From the NCBI GenBank assembly GCA_965249485.1, contig OZ252239.1, positions 1,248,001 to 1,312,000 of the forward strand: a DNA stretch of 64,000 bases. Direction: 5' to 3'. Position 1 is the first letter of the stretch. Each line of letters opens with the position of its first letter. Below are positions 10,146 through 20,200 of this stretch, piece by piece. Source of the stretch: a bacterium. GTDB lineage: Bacteria > SM23-31. A program made the translations under genes and the position numbers. A model generated the notes under the pieces. It saw only the letters and a program-made list of their open reading frames with translations, was not told the origin of the DNA and ran no database searches.

Positions 10146-10913
10146 ATGAAATATTGTGTATTGAAATCAATTTCTTTATTTCTATTACTCATCTTGAGTA
10201 CCTCTGCCGGTGCACAGGACATAGAATCACTTTTCAGGGATGGGAATAGATTCTATCAGGAGGGAGATTACGAAGCAGCACTGGATCGGTACCAAGTGAT
10301 TCTTGATCAAAGTTTTGAGAGCGGTGAACTTTATTACAACATGGGCAACGTGCATTATAAAAATCAGAATATGGGGAATGCGGTACTGTATTACGAAAAA
10401 GCACGAAGCTATTTTCCTGACAATGAAGACTTACTCCATAATCTCGAATTAACCTCTCTCATGCTGACTGACAAAATTACACCGATTGCCGATGTGTTTT
10501 ATGTCCGGTACTGGAACGTCTTCCGGGGAATGTTCGGAATAACCGTATGGAAAATGCTGTTTTTCACAATGTGGTTTTTTACTGCCGGTCAGTCGATCAT
10601 GCTTCTCTTCCTGCAGCAGTCCCAGGTGAGAAAACTCCTCAGGACAGGTTTGATACTTTCCGGTGTGCTAATCGCACTCATTTCCGCAGTGTTTTTCTCT
10701 GACATATATATCGATAAATCAGGATCGTTCGGCATTGTCATGGCCGGGGAAATCACCGCCTATTCAGCACCGACTGATAACGGAATGGAAGTCTTTCTTA
10801 TTCACGAAGGAACGAAAGTTAAAATTTCCCGCACACTTGGCAATTGGATAGAAATCCGGCTCGAAGATGGAAACGTCGGCTGGATTTCAAGCAGCTCCAT
10901 TGAAATTATTTGA
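10146..10913 (+). CDS. batE: BatE TPR + SH3b protein
   Basis: GNRFYQEGDY, LYYNMGNVHYK, two TMs, FLIHEGTKV...WIEIRLEDGNVGWI. Confidence 0.92.
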   Translation: MKYCVLKSISLFLLLILSTSAGAQDIESLFRDGNRFYQEGDYEAALDRYQVILDQSFESGELYYNMGNVHYKNQNMGNAVLYYEKARSYFPDNEDLLHNLELTSLMLTDKITPIADVFYVRYWNVFRGMFGITVWKMLFFTMWFFTAGQSIMLLFLQQSQVRKLLRTGLILSGVLIALISAVFFSDIYIDKSGSFGIVMAGEITAYSAPTDNGMEVFLIHEGTKVKISRTLGNWIEIRLEDGNVGWISSSSIEII

Positions 10914-11043
10914 CAGAAACTTCTCTAAACTGCTTTAGGAAATCCCACAATTATATTCAAAATGATATAGATTCGCTATTATTTTAATACCACTTTGCCG
11001 GTAACGTCCATTCTGATTTTGCGCATCTGTTTCCAGAATTCAA

Positions 11044-11072
11044 TTGACTAAACCGACAGGTATTAGTACATT
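11044..11072 (+). promoter_or_regulatory. Putative sigma70 promoter for yicC-gmk-coaBC
   Basis: TTGACT-17 bp-TACATT. Confidence 0.55.
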
Positions 11073-11145
11073 TAAGGGCTGTAGTGATTAGGCATTGAGA
11101 AGTCCGACGATCGTAGTTTCTGACAACCATTGAAAGGCATATACT

Positions 11146-12027
11146 ATGCTGACAAGTATGACAGGTTTCAGTCGAAGTGAACGGAAGAAAAACGGTTTTT
11201 CTGTATCGGTAGAAATGCGGTCGCTCAATAACCGCTATCTTGAAATCAGTGTAAAGATTCCCCGGCGTTTCAGTGCGCTCGAGGAAGATATCAGAAACTG
11301 TGTCAGGGAAAATATCTCCCGTGGAAAGGTCGATGTGTTTATTTCATTGGACGGTGTGTCTGAAACAATCGAGGATATCTCTCTGAATCTTAACCTTGCC
11401 AAGAAATATATCGATAGTTTCAAAACACTTGAAAAAACATTTAATGTTCCCGTCTCATTCAACACGGAAAGCCTTTTATCAATTGAGAATCTCTTTGAAC
11501 ATAAAATTTCCAGTGAGCAGATTGAATTTCTGCACAGCCTCATTCTTAAGACGGTGCAAGATGCTTTGAAAGAATTAAAAAAACACAGACGAGAGGAAGG
11601 AAAAAATCTCGGTGAAGATTTTAGAGAGCGATTAACGGTTGTCGCACAGTCACTACAAGGAATAAAAAAAGTATTCAAGTCACGGCACAATGAGGATTTT
11701 GATAAACTACAGAAACGGATTGAATCCACGTTAAAAAATGTTGAGAAAATAGATCCTCAGCGGCTCGAGATGGAAGCCGCCATGATGGCCGATAAATTCG
11801 ATATATCAGAAGAGTGTGTGCGGCTCGACAGCCATTTAAAAATGTTTAAGGAATCACTCTCCGACAGTAGTTCGGTCGGCCGGCGCCTTGAGTTCATTCT
11901 ACAGGAAATAAATCGCGAAACAAACACGATTAGTGCAAAGAGTAATAATATACAAATTGCTCAGGAAGTGGTTAAAATTAAAGAAGAGATTGAACGGTTT
12001 AAAGAGCAGGTTAGAAATATCGAATGA
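11146..12027 (+). CDS. yicC: YicC/YloC-family endoribonuclease
   Basis: MLTSMTGF, EMRSLNNRYLE, DISEECVRLDSH, GRRLEFILQEINRETNTISAK, EQVRNIE. Confidence 0.95.
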   Translation: MLTSMTGFSRSERKKNGFSVSVEMRSLNNRYLEISVKIPRRFSALEEDIRNCVRENISRGKVDVFISLDGVSETIEDISLNLNLAKKYIDSFKTLEKTFNVPVSFNTESLLSIENLFEHKISSEQIEFLHSLILKTVQDALKELKKHRREEGKNLGEDFRERLTVVAQSLQGIKKVFKSRHNEDFDKLQKRIESTLKNVEKIDPQRLEMEAAMMADKFDISEECVRLDSHLKMFKESLSDSSSVGRRLEFILQEINRETNTISAKSNNIQIAQEVVKIKEEIERFKEQVRNIE

Positions 12028-12632
12028 GCAAACCGGATTACAACGAATTCCGGGAAACGGACCGTACTATTATCCGACCAACACTCCTTGTGCTGTCGGG
12101 ATTTTCGGGAACCGGTAAATCAACAATCCGTGATAAAGTCATGAAAAAAATCCCCAAAGCACAATTTTCATTATCTGTAACAACTCGGCCCCGGAGAAAA
12201 CATGAACAGGAAGGAATAGATTACTACTTCATCAGGAGCGAATCATTTCAGGAAATGATCCGGAATAATGAAATGCTTGAGTGGGAAGAGGTGCATACAA
12301 ATTTCTACGGTACTCCGTTGAAGCCTGTTGAGCACGCGTTGAAAAAGCCTGGACTTTTCATATTCGATATTGACGTTCATGGTGGACTATCCATTAAAAG
12401 CCGTTTTCCCGATGCAGTTCTTATTTTTCTCAATACTCCGGATTTGGATATATTGAAGCAGCGTCTTGTAGACAGGCACACCGACAGCCCGGAGCAGATA
12501 GAGCAGCGATTAAACAGGATTCCGAAAGAACTCGAAATGTCGAAACAGTATGATCATATTGTCATTAATGATGACAGCGACAGGGCGGCAGATGAAATAT
12601 GCGGAATAATTTTTGATTTTCAGAAGCAGTAA
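12024..12632 (+). CDS. gmk: Guanylate kinase
   Basis: LSGFSGTGKST, SVTTRPRR, EGIDYYF, EWEEVHTNFYGT, DIDVHG. Confidence 0.96.
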   Translation: MSKPDYNEFRETDRTIIRPTLLVLSGFSGTGKSTIRDKVMKKIPKAQFSLSVTTRPRRKHEQEGIDYYFIRSESFQEMIRNNEMLEWEEVHTNFYGTPLKPVEHALKKPGLFIFDIDVHGGLSIKSRFPDAVLIFLNTPDLDILKQRLVDRHTDSPEQIEQRLNRIPKELEMSKQYDHIVINDDSDRAADEICGIIFDFQKQ

Positions 12633-12695
12633 ATCACAAAAAGTGTATATTGTGAATGAGTACTCAACCAATTTTGATGCAACGTTGATAATGAC

Positions 12696-13898
12696 ATGAT
12701 TTTCCGAAATAAAAAAATTCTCATTGGTATTGCCGGCGGAATTGCGGCGTATAAAATTCCATATCTTGTCCGGATGATCAAGACAATGGGCGGGGAAGTA
12801 AAAACAATTTTGACCCGGTCGGGTGAGCAGTTTGTCACAAAAACCACACTGGCAACCCTGTCGGAAGAGCCGGTAGCTTACGATGTATTTGATTCTGAGA
12901 TACCGGATAAAATTCAGCATATTGATCTTGCACGCTGGGCCGATTGCTTTGTGATTGCCCCCGCTACAGCTAATATCGTTGCCAAAGCCGCACATGGAAT
13001 TGCCGATGATATTCTTTCGACCATAATCGTGTCGTATCAAGGTTCGATACTCTTTGCGCCCGCGATGCATGATGAGATGTGGAAAAACTGCGTCACGCAA
13101 GACAATATCAAAAAACTGCTCAAACAAGGTCATGAAATCGTTCCACCGGAGTTCGGAAATCTTGCCAGCGATACCGTCGGAATGGGCCGGCTGGCAGAAC
13201 TCGAAACAATTGAGCAGGCAATTATTAAAAAGCTCAATATTAAGCTTGACCTAAATGGAAAAAAAATCCTCATCACCGCCGGGCGGACCGAAGAGGCAAT
13301 CGACCCGGTCAGATATATTAGTAACCATTCGAGCGGAAAGATGGGAGCGGCACTTGCCGAAGCCGCTGTAGAACGCGGTGCTGCAGTCACCGTCATATCT
13401 GGAATTCGTACGGTTCCGTTTCCTGGAGAGGCATCTGTTATTGAAGCACCAACTACTCAGAAAATGGCGAAAGCCGTTAAAAAAGAACTGGGTAACCACG
13501 ATGTACTGCTCATGGCAGCCGCAGTAACAGACTATCGGCCTAAAAAGATTTCAAAAGAGAAAATCAAAAAGGGTTCTGCAAATGTCCTCTCACTGGAACT
13601 TGAAACTACCGAAGATATCCTCGGCAGTATAAAAGACCTCAAAAATAACACTTTTATTGCTGGATTTTCGGTCGAGACACACAATGAAATTGCAAATTCA
13701 CGCAAAAAATTGAGTGAAAAAAATCTTGATCTTGTTATTATCAATAATCCGCTTGAACCCGGAGCCGGTTTTGGTGTCGATACCAATAAAGTAACACTTC
13801 TTGAGGCTGGGAAAAAGGCTCAACACCTTCCGCTGCTGTCGAAACGGGATGTTGCCGACCGCATCTTTGACCGTATTGTTGCACGGTTAAAATTGTAA
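12696..13898 (+). CDS. coaBC: Bifunctional phosphopantothenoylcysteine decarboxylase/synthetase
   Basis: GGIAAYK, HIDLARWAD, APATAN, ITAGRTEEAIDPVRYISNHSSGKMG, AAAVTDY. Confidence 0.97.
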   Translation: MIFRNKKILIGIAGGIAAYKIPYLVRMIKTMGGEVKTILTRSGEQFVTKTTLATLSEEPVAYDVFDSEIPDKIQHIDLARWADCFVIAPATANIVAKAAHGIADDILSTIIVSYQGSILFAPAMHDEMWKNCVTQDNIKKLLKQGHEIVPPEFGNLASDTVGMGRLAELETIEQAIIKKLNIKLDLNGKKILITAGRTEEAIDPVRYISNHSSGKMGAALAEAAVERGAAVTVISGIRTVPFPGEASVIEAPTTQKMAKAVKKELGNHDVLLMAAAVTDYRPKKISKEKIKKGSANVLSLELETTEDILGSIKDLKNNTFIAGFSVETHNEIANSRKKLSEKNLDLVIINNPLEPGAGFGVDTNKVTLLEAGKKAQHLPLLSKRDVADRIFDRIVARLKL

Positions 13899-13973
13899 TA
13901 GCTTTCAGACCAGATTCCATTCAGACAAATTTTATCACCGAATGCGTATTAACAATCTCATAGCGTAATTAGA

Positions 13974-14789
13974 ATGAATGTTACTATAAACGGAAACACA
14001 ATCTTCTACCGAGAAGCTGGCTCAGCGTCAAAATACTTTCTTGTTTTTATACATGGCTTTCCACTGAATCATGCTATGTGGAATCCCCAATTGGAAAGGC
14101 TTCCTGAGGGTGTCCGGGCAGTAGCATACGATGTCCGCGGTCACGGTAATAGCAGTGTTGGTGATGGTCAATTCTCACTGGAGTTTCTTGTTGACGATCT
14201 AATCGGACTGCTTGACCATCTTAATGTAGAAAAAGTGATTCTATGCGGTTTATCGATGGGGGGTTATATTGCGCTCCGGGCAGTTGAGCGTCATCCGGAA
14301 CGGTTCATGGGACTAGTTTTGTGCGATACGCAGAGCCATGCTGATACAAATGAAGCAAAGATCAAGCGGGCTAATGCAATCCGGTTAATCAAAAACGGGG
14401 GTATTAAAGAGTTTGCCGACAATTTTATAAATTTGATCCTTGCTAAAAAAACCGTCAGCGAGAACAATAAGATTGTAGAGCAGCTTCGCGATATGATACT
14501 GCACAACGATCCACTCGGCGTGTGCGGTACCTTCATGGCACTTGGAGCACGGACAGACACATCACAGTCGTTGCCATCTTTTTCTCTTCCTGTTTCGATT
14601 GTTGTGGGAGAAAATGATGCGTTGACTCCGCCGTCAATGTCTGATTTTATGCATAGAAAAATCCCCCGCTCGGAATTGAATAGTATACCGGCGGCTGGTC
14701 ACATGAGCAACATGGAAAACGCAGAGGCATTTAACGAAGTTTTGTATCGATTTGTTGCTAATGTGATGAACGATCTTAGTGATAATTGA
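13974..14789 (+). CDS. Alpha/beta hydrolase (enol-lactonase/PcaD-like)
   Basis: FIHGFP, DVRGHG, GLSMGG nucleophile elbow, VGENDALTP, AGHMSNME. Confidence 0.9.
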   Translation: MNVTINGNTIFYREAGSASKYFLVFIHGFPLNHAMWNPQLERLPEGVRAVAYDVRGHGNSSVGDGQFSLEFLVDDLIGLLDHLNVEKVILCGLSMGGYIALRAVERHPERFMGLVLCDTQSHADTNEAKIKRANAIRLIKNGGIKEFADNFINLILAKKTVSENNKIVEQLRDMILHNDPLGVCGTFMALGARTDTSQSLPSFSLPVSIVVGENDALTPPSMSDFMHRKIPRSELNSIPAAGHMSNMENAEAFNEVLYRFVANVMNDLSDN

Positions 14790-14831
14790 GAAGCTTGTAC
14801 ACTACCGTATAAAATCCAGTAAATGCCCGGT

Positions 14832-14894
14832 TTTTCCACATATTATCCACGTATATTTGTCCACTTTTCCACGCAAATTTACTTTTTATTCACA
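14832..14894 (+). promoter_or_regulatory. Cluster of five co-oriented DnaA-box-like 9-mers
   Basis: TTTTCCACA 14832, TTATCCACG 14843, TTGTCCACT 14857, TTTTCCACG 14865, TTATTCACA 14886, against consensus TTWTNCACA. Confidence 0.75.
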
Positions 14895-14908
14895 CCTGAG
14901 AAATGTCC

Positions 14909-14937
14909 TTGCATTTCGAGCGGTATATGGTTACTAT
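14909..14937 (+). promoter_or_regulatory. Putative sigma70 promoter for udg-dnaB
   Basis: TTGCAT-17 bp-TACTAT. Confidence 0.55.
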
Positions 14938-14983
14938 CAACAAATTCGATACTTGTTTGTGAACATGTAATTTTGAGCATACC

Positions 14984-15781
14984 ATGCCATCTGCCGTAAA
15001 CAAAACAGACCTAATTAAATCCTATTTACAGCAGCAAAAGGAATTATTAGGAGATACGGTATATCTGGAGCAGTCGAGAGGAGAAAAAATCGGAAAAACA
15101 ACATATGATGATGCATCCGAAAGCACGAATAATGATGTTCGGATAGTATCCGATGTGGGAACTGAGAATGCATGGAAGAATGAATCATGGCGCGCAATTG
15201 ACGACCTGGAAGAATTTCATAATGCAATATCCGGCTGCATGCAGTGCTCACTTGGAGAAACACGGAATAAATTTGTATTTGGAGGCGGAAATCCTCATGC
15301 TGATTTGATGTTTATAGGAGAAGCGCCGGGAGCCGAAGAAGATAAGAAAGGAATTCCATTTGTCGGTCGTGCAGGGCAGCTGCTCGATAAAATATTAAGC
15401 GCAATTGATCTTGAACGTTCTGATGTCTATATTGCAAATATATTAAAATGCAGACCACCTCAAAATCGTGATCCGCAGCCGGGAGAAATTGCCTGCTGTG
15501 AACCGTATCTACTGCATCAGATTAAACTGATTAATCCGGCCCTGATGGTAGCGTTGGGAAGGGTTGCCGCCCAGACATTGCTGAGAACGACCGAAACACT
15601 CGGAGCAATGCGCGGCACGATTCATGACTACCACGGAACCGATCTCATGGTCACATATCATCCCGCAGCATTGTTGCGAAATCCCAATTTCAAACGTCCG
15701 GCTTGGGAGGACATGAAAGAGATAAAGCGGCTCTACTTGGATAAACGGAATAATGTTGAATTGAAAACAAACACTATATGA
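14984..15781 (+). CDS. Family 4 uracil-DNA glycosylase (Fe-S)
   Basis: CxxCx[44 protein letters not shown]. Confidence 0.95.
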   Translation: MPSAVNKTDLIKSYLQQQKELLGDTVYLEQSRGEKIGKTTYDDASESTNNDVRIVSDVGTENAWKNESWRAIDDLEEFHNAISGCMQCSLGETRNKFVFGGGNPHADLMFIGEAPGAEEDKKGIPFVGRAGQLLDKILSAIDLERSDVYIANILKCRPPQNRDPQPGEIACCEPYLLHQIKLINPALMVALGRVAAQTLLRTTETLGAMRGTIHDYHGTDLMVTYHPAALLRNPNFKRPAWEDMKEIKRLYLDKRNNVELKTNTI

Positions 15782-15832
15782 TGTAATCAATGTGCAATAA
15801 ACTTATTTGAAAAAGAAGTTAGTGACGTATTT

Positions 15833-17200
15833 ATGGAAAAATCAGAACTGAAAGAACGGATACCACCGCAGGCAGACGATTTTGAAAAAGCACTTCTTGG
15901 GGCAGTTATGCAGTATAAGGATGCGGTTTTTCAGGTGATGGAACTCCTGAAACCGGAACAATTTTATAAGACGGCTCACCAGAAGATATTCAGTGCAATA
16001 TGTGCACTTTTCAATAAAAGTGATGCAATCGATGCGTTAACAGTCGGAGAGCAACTAAAAAAAGATGGTGAATATGATAATATAGGAGGGGGGTATTATC
16101 TCACCGAATGCCTGGAACAGGAAATGACATTTGCTAATGTGGAATATTACGCAAAGGTCATTCTGGAAAAGGCTATGCTTCGGAGTATGATCGAAATATC
16201 CCGCGATATCATGGATTCGGGATATGAAGGTCGTGAAGATGCGCAATCACTGCTTGACGAAGCAGAGCGGAAAATCATGAGTATCGGTGAAATCGGTATG
16301 AAAAGCGGTTTCGAAAATATCAGACCGATCCTCCATGATACAATGGATATTCTCGATAAAAACAATAATCGGGACGGACATCTTATCGGTATACCTTCGG
16401 GATTTACAAAACTTGATGAATTAACGGCCGGATTTCAGAATTCAGATTTAATTGTTATTGCCGGCCGGCCTTCAATGGGAAAAACCGCATTCAGTCTCAA
16501 TCTTGCTCGATATGCTGCTGTCGAACACAAAATTGCTGTTGGATTTTTCAGTCTCGAAATGTCAAAATTTCAACTCGCTTCGCGGCTGCTCAGTTGTGAA
16601 GCGCGAATCGATTCGAACAACCTTCGCCGGGGAAGGCTGCAGAAAAAAGAGTGGCCGGAATTAGCCGCTGCCGCCGGAGCGCTGTCGGATGCACCGCTCT
16701 TTATCGACGACACAGCATCTCTGAGTGTGTTTGAATTACGGGCAAAAGCGCGTCGTTTAAAAATAGAACATAATATGGGACTGTTGGTTGTTGACTATCT
16801 ACAGCTTATGCAGGGGTCGTACGGCAAAGAGAGCAGGCAGCAGGAAATTGCTGAAATATCCCGGTCATTAAAAGCTGTTGCCAAAGAGCTTGAAATCCCG
16901 GTTATGGCCCTCTCTCAACTCTCCCGTCAGCCGGAATTACGCGGCGGCAACAGAAAACCGATGCTTTCCGACCTGCGTGAATCAGGAGCTATTGAACAGG
17001 ATGCTGATGTGGTTATTTTCATCTATAGGCCTGAGGTCTATGATATTGAGTCTGACGCAGATGGACGTTCGACCGAAAACGTTGCAGAAATTATTATTGG
17101 AAAGCAGCGTAATGGACCGACGGGAATCGTTTACCTTACCTTCCTCAAAAACACTGCCAGATTTGAGAATATTGCTTACGAAGAAGAAATAACGATATGA
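15833..17200 (+). CDS. dnaB: Replicative DNA helicase (no intein)
   Basis: AGRPSMGKT, FFSLEMS, DYLQLM, SQLSR, LSDLRESGAIEQDAD, KQRNGPTG; normal length of 455 aa. Confidence 0.98.
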   Translation: MEKSELKERIPPQADDFEKALLGAVMQYKDAVFQVMELLKPEQFYKTAHQKIFSAICALFNKSDAIDALTVGEQLKKDGEYDNIGGGYYLTECLEQEMTFANVEYYAKVILEKAMLRSMIEISRDIMDSGYEGREDAQSLLDEAERKIMSIGEIGMKSGFENIRPILHDTMDILDKNNNRDGHLIGIPSGFTKLDELTAGFQNSDLIVIAGRPSMGKTAFSLNLARYAAVEHKIAVGFFSLEMSKFQLASRLLSCEARIDSNNLRRGRLQKKEWPELAAAAGALSDAPLFIDDTASLSVFELRAKARRLKIEHNMGLLVVDYLQLMQGSYGKESRQQEIAEISRSLKAVAKELEIPVMALSQLSRQPELRGGNRKPMLSDLRESGAIEQDADVVIFIYRPEVYDIESDADGRSTENVAEIIIGKQRNGPTGIVYLTFLKNTARFENIAYEEEITI

Positions 17201-17228
17201 ATGCATACTAAGTGATTTTTGAATACAC

Positions 17229-17261
17229 AAAGGGGTGAAGATAAACTTCACCCCTTTTTTT
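17229..17261 (+). terminator. Rho-independent terminator after dnaB (possibly bidirectional)
   Basis: aaaggggtgaag-ataaa-cttcaccccttt followed by a T run, between convergent genes. Confidence 0.85.
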
Positions 17262-17295
17262 GTACCGGTCACCACACTGCCTTACCTGAGCCCAC

Positions 17296-20200
17296 CTATT
17301 TTATGAATAGCATCTTATTAGAATCGAAGAAACCCGACGAAGATCGTAATACGTAAAAATAGACACCTGATCCTACCGGTATGCCGTTACTATCTCGACC
17401 GTTCCACTCAATATAATGGATGCCTTGGGAAAATGTTTCATCTGCAAGTGTCGCAATCTCTCTACCGAGAACATTGTAAATCTTGAGTGTAATCAAAGAT
17501 GTTGAAGGTTGAGAGAAAGTTATCGTCGTTGTCGGATTAAATGGATTCGGATAATTTTGTCTTAACTCAAATTGAGTCGGCACAAAACGATTTACATGGT
17601 CGACACTCGTAATTAATTCTTCTGATGAGCTGGTAAGTGCCCACAGCGAAAAATGATTGGTATTAACGTTTATCTTATTATTGAATTTATCAACTGTTCC
17701 AGTTACGATCCGCCACCGGACTTCAATGGTGTCGTAATAGCTTATTGCGAGGCTGTCTTCATTCAATCCGAGTCCGGTAATCATATCATCACTATAGCCG
17801 AATGTCAGTTCAACCTGGAAATCTTCAACATCGAGTTCAATATCATAATAGAATACTACCTTTTCAAATACGGGTACATCTGGGAATTCTTCCGTAATTA
17901 TTTTCACCTGTTTCACCTTTAACTTCCGGTTAGCGACTTCGCCCTCTTTGAAATCGAGTGCAAGTGATGTTTCGTTTGAAAAGGTGAGCATAACAATTGC
18001 GGAGTCAGTCGGAACAGTTACCAATTCCACACTGTCTGGCTCGGTGACTATTGCAACAGTTTCCGCTTTAATTACCGTTGAGACTGTTTGAATGTTTGAA
18101 ATTTGAGTAAACAATCCGTCACCATACGTTCCATCACCTTGTAAATACTCCGCTGAAGCAAAATACTCGATTCTTTCACTTGTATCCCAGATTCTGAAAA
18201 GTATGTCATTTCCCTCAATATAGCCGTCTTGTATGTCAGTTTGAGAATCGTCCATCCATGCCCAGAGATCGAGTGGAAATTCTCCTTCAAAAACCCGTGC
18301 ACCAATGTTAATGGTATCTCCCTCTGCAGTTACATCGAACATACCGATTTCGTCACCTGATTCGATTGAAACACCATTGATTTCCGCTGCATTTATGAGG
18401 ATGCTGTACGTATCACCGGTGCGGGCAGCAAAAGTGTAAAAGGGTCTGTCATTGAAGATAGTCTCTTGAATAGCATTCTTGTACATACTATTGATACCGT
18501 TTTCTGCAATGATCCTTGGCGCAGCTATTTTTGCAGTTTCACTGTAGGAGAATTTTCGTGAAGATTTCATATAGATCGAGTATCCCTGACCCGGAATTAA
18601 ATCTTCTATACTATTAATTAAATCGGGAACATAAAATTCACCGTCATTATTCTGGACAATTATTAGTCTGTCCTCAAGAGAGGAATACGCTGAAGTTATG
18701 GGAGAAGGTTCTCTAAAATAAACAGGAATATAGTTCCATTTTGGCAGCAGATGGATCTGAGTTGAGAGATTGATGGTAGTACCGGAGATTTCGAGCGAAT
18801 CGGTTTCGTTCATATACATTTTATATCCGTCTGTTATATCCCACTCTTTAATTCCATCAAATAAACCGGGAATATAGAACCGCCCTCTGTCATTTTTCAT
18901 GATTGCCAAATTATCACCGATACCATTTGTAATGTTATCGATATCAAGTGTATCAGGGAGCAGATAACTTGAAATGAGATTCCAACCCTGGACAAGACTG
19001 ATAGTCTGTTCTCCTCTCAGTTCAATCGCGAGTGAAAGTTGCGCAAAACCGCCGGTTTCAAAATCTCCGTCCCCTTCCAGAATCGAATATGGTTCTGCCC
19101 ATAATTCATTGTCAGTAGCAGTGTCGTACACTTTGAACAGCATCAGTCCGCCCTTTTTGTAACCATCAGTTTCCGCTGTCTGAGGATCGTCTTTCCATGC
19201 TGTCAGTCCTATCGGGAACGAGCCGTCAAAAATTGTGGCACCGACAACGAGGTCATTGTCAAAGACCGCTATCTCATCTCCGATATCGAGATCGTTAAAA
19301 TCAACGGTATCGATCACAATACTGTAACTTTGACCGGTGTGAGTTGTATAAGCAAAGTGTGAAGATAGAAGCACATTCACAATCGTATCAAGCGTATCGG
19401 GAAGGTCGTCCGGGTCGGCGACACGTATCGATATAGAGGATGAGCCGGTATCGGTAAAAGCTGGTGTTCCGCTTACAACACCGAGACTATCCAACGACAG
19501 CCACTCGGGACCCTCAAGGAGAGTAAAAGTAAAGACCGAATCGGAAACATCGACATCCTCAACATAAATAGTGTCTAAATAGAATGTATTCATAAGAGCA
19601 TCGTTGAGCGACGTATTCAAAACAACCGGTGCATCGTTGACATTGATGACATCAATTGTCGTAACAAGACTATCGGTAAATTGATTTACAGAATCGAAAG
19701 CAGTAATTGTTATTAAAATGTCTTGACCAACATCGTCATTTGTTGGTGTCCCTGAAAGCAAGCCCAGAGAATCGATTGTTGTGATAGAAAGCCATTGCGG
19801 ACCTACGACAAGTGAGAACTGAACGGTAGTGCCTATCGAATCATTTAAGGTAGTAAAAACTGTATCAGCATACGGTTCATCCTCAACAGCAAAAACAAGT
19901 GAGTCGGTGAGGATCTTGAGGCTATCCATTAATGCTCTTTCCTGTGAAATTCCAAACAATAGCACGTTGAATATAGCATCAGACACATCATCAGTAAAAA
20001 CAGAAAGTGTTGCATCAAAGGGATTACTAAAGTGTCTTGCTTCATTTGGTGAAAATTCGATAGTGAAAGTCAAGCTATCGTCTACCGGGATTGTTTGTGG
20101 AAAACTTTCAGGTTCGATAACATTGAATGCATCGGAACTGAAATTATATATACTGGTTATTACAAATGGACTATTTCTATGATTTTCAATACTAAAACTG

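Noticed and set aside
12510..13133. 207-aa minus-strand ORF over gmk/coaBC (similar cases at 56544-57347 and 62583-63254)
   Set aside because: Lies antisense to well-supported conserved genes and has no recognisable motifs
14790..14983. Chromosomal origin oriC
   Set aside because: Short spacer, no dnaA/dnaN nearby, no clear unwinding element, no switch in gene orientation; kept only as a DnaA-box cluster
15833..17200. Intein in DnaB
   Set aside because: Normal length and contiguous helicase motifs
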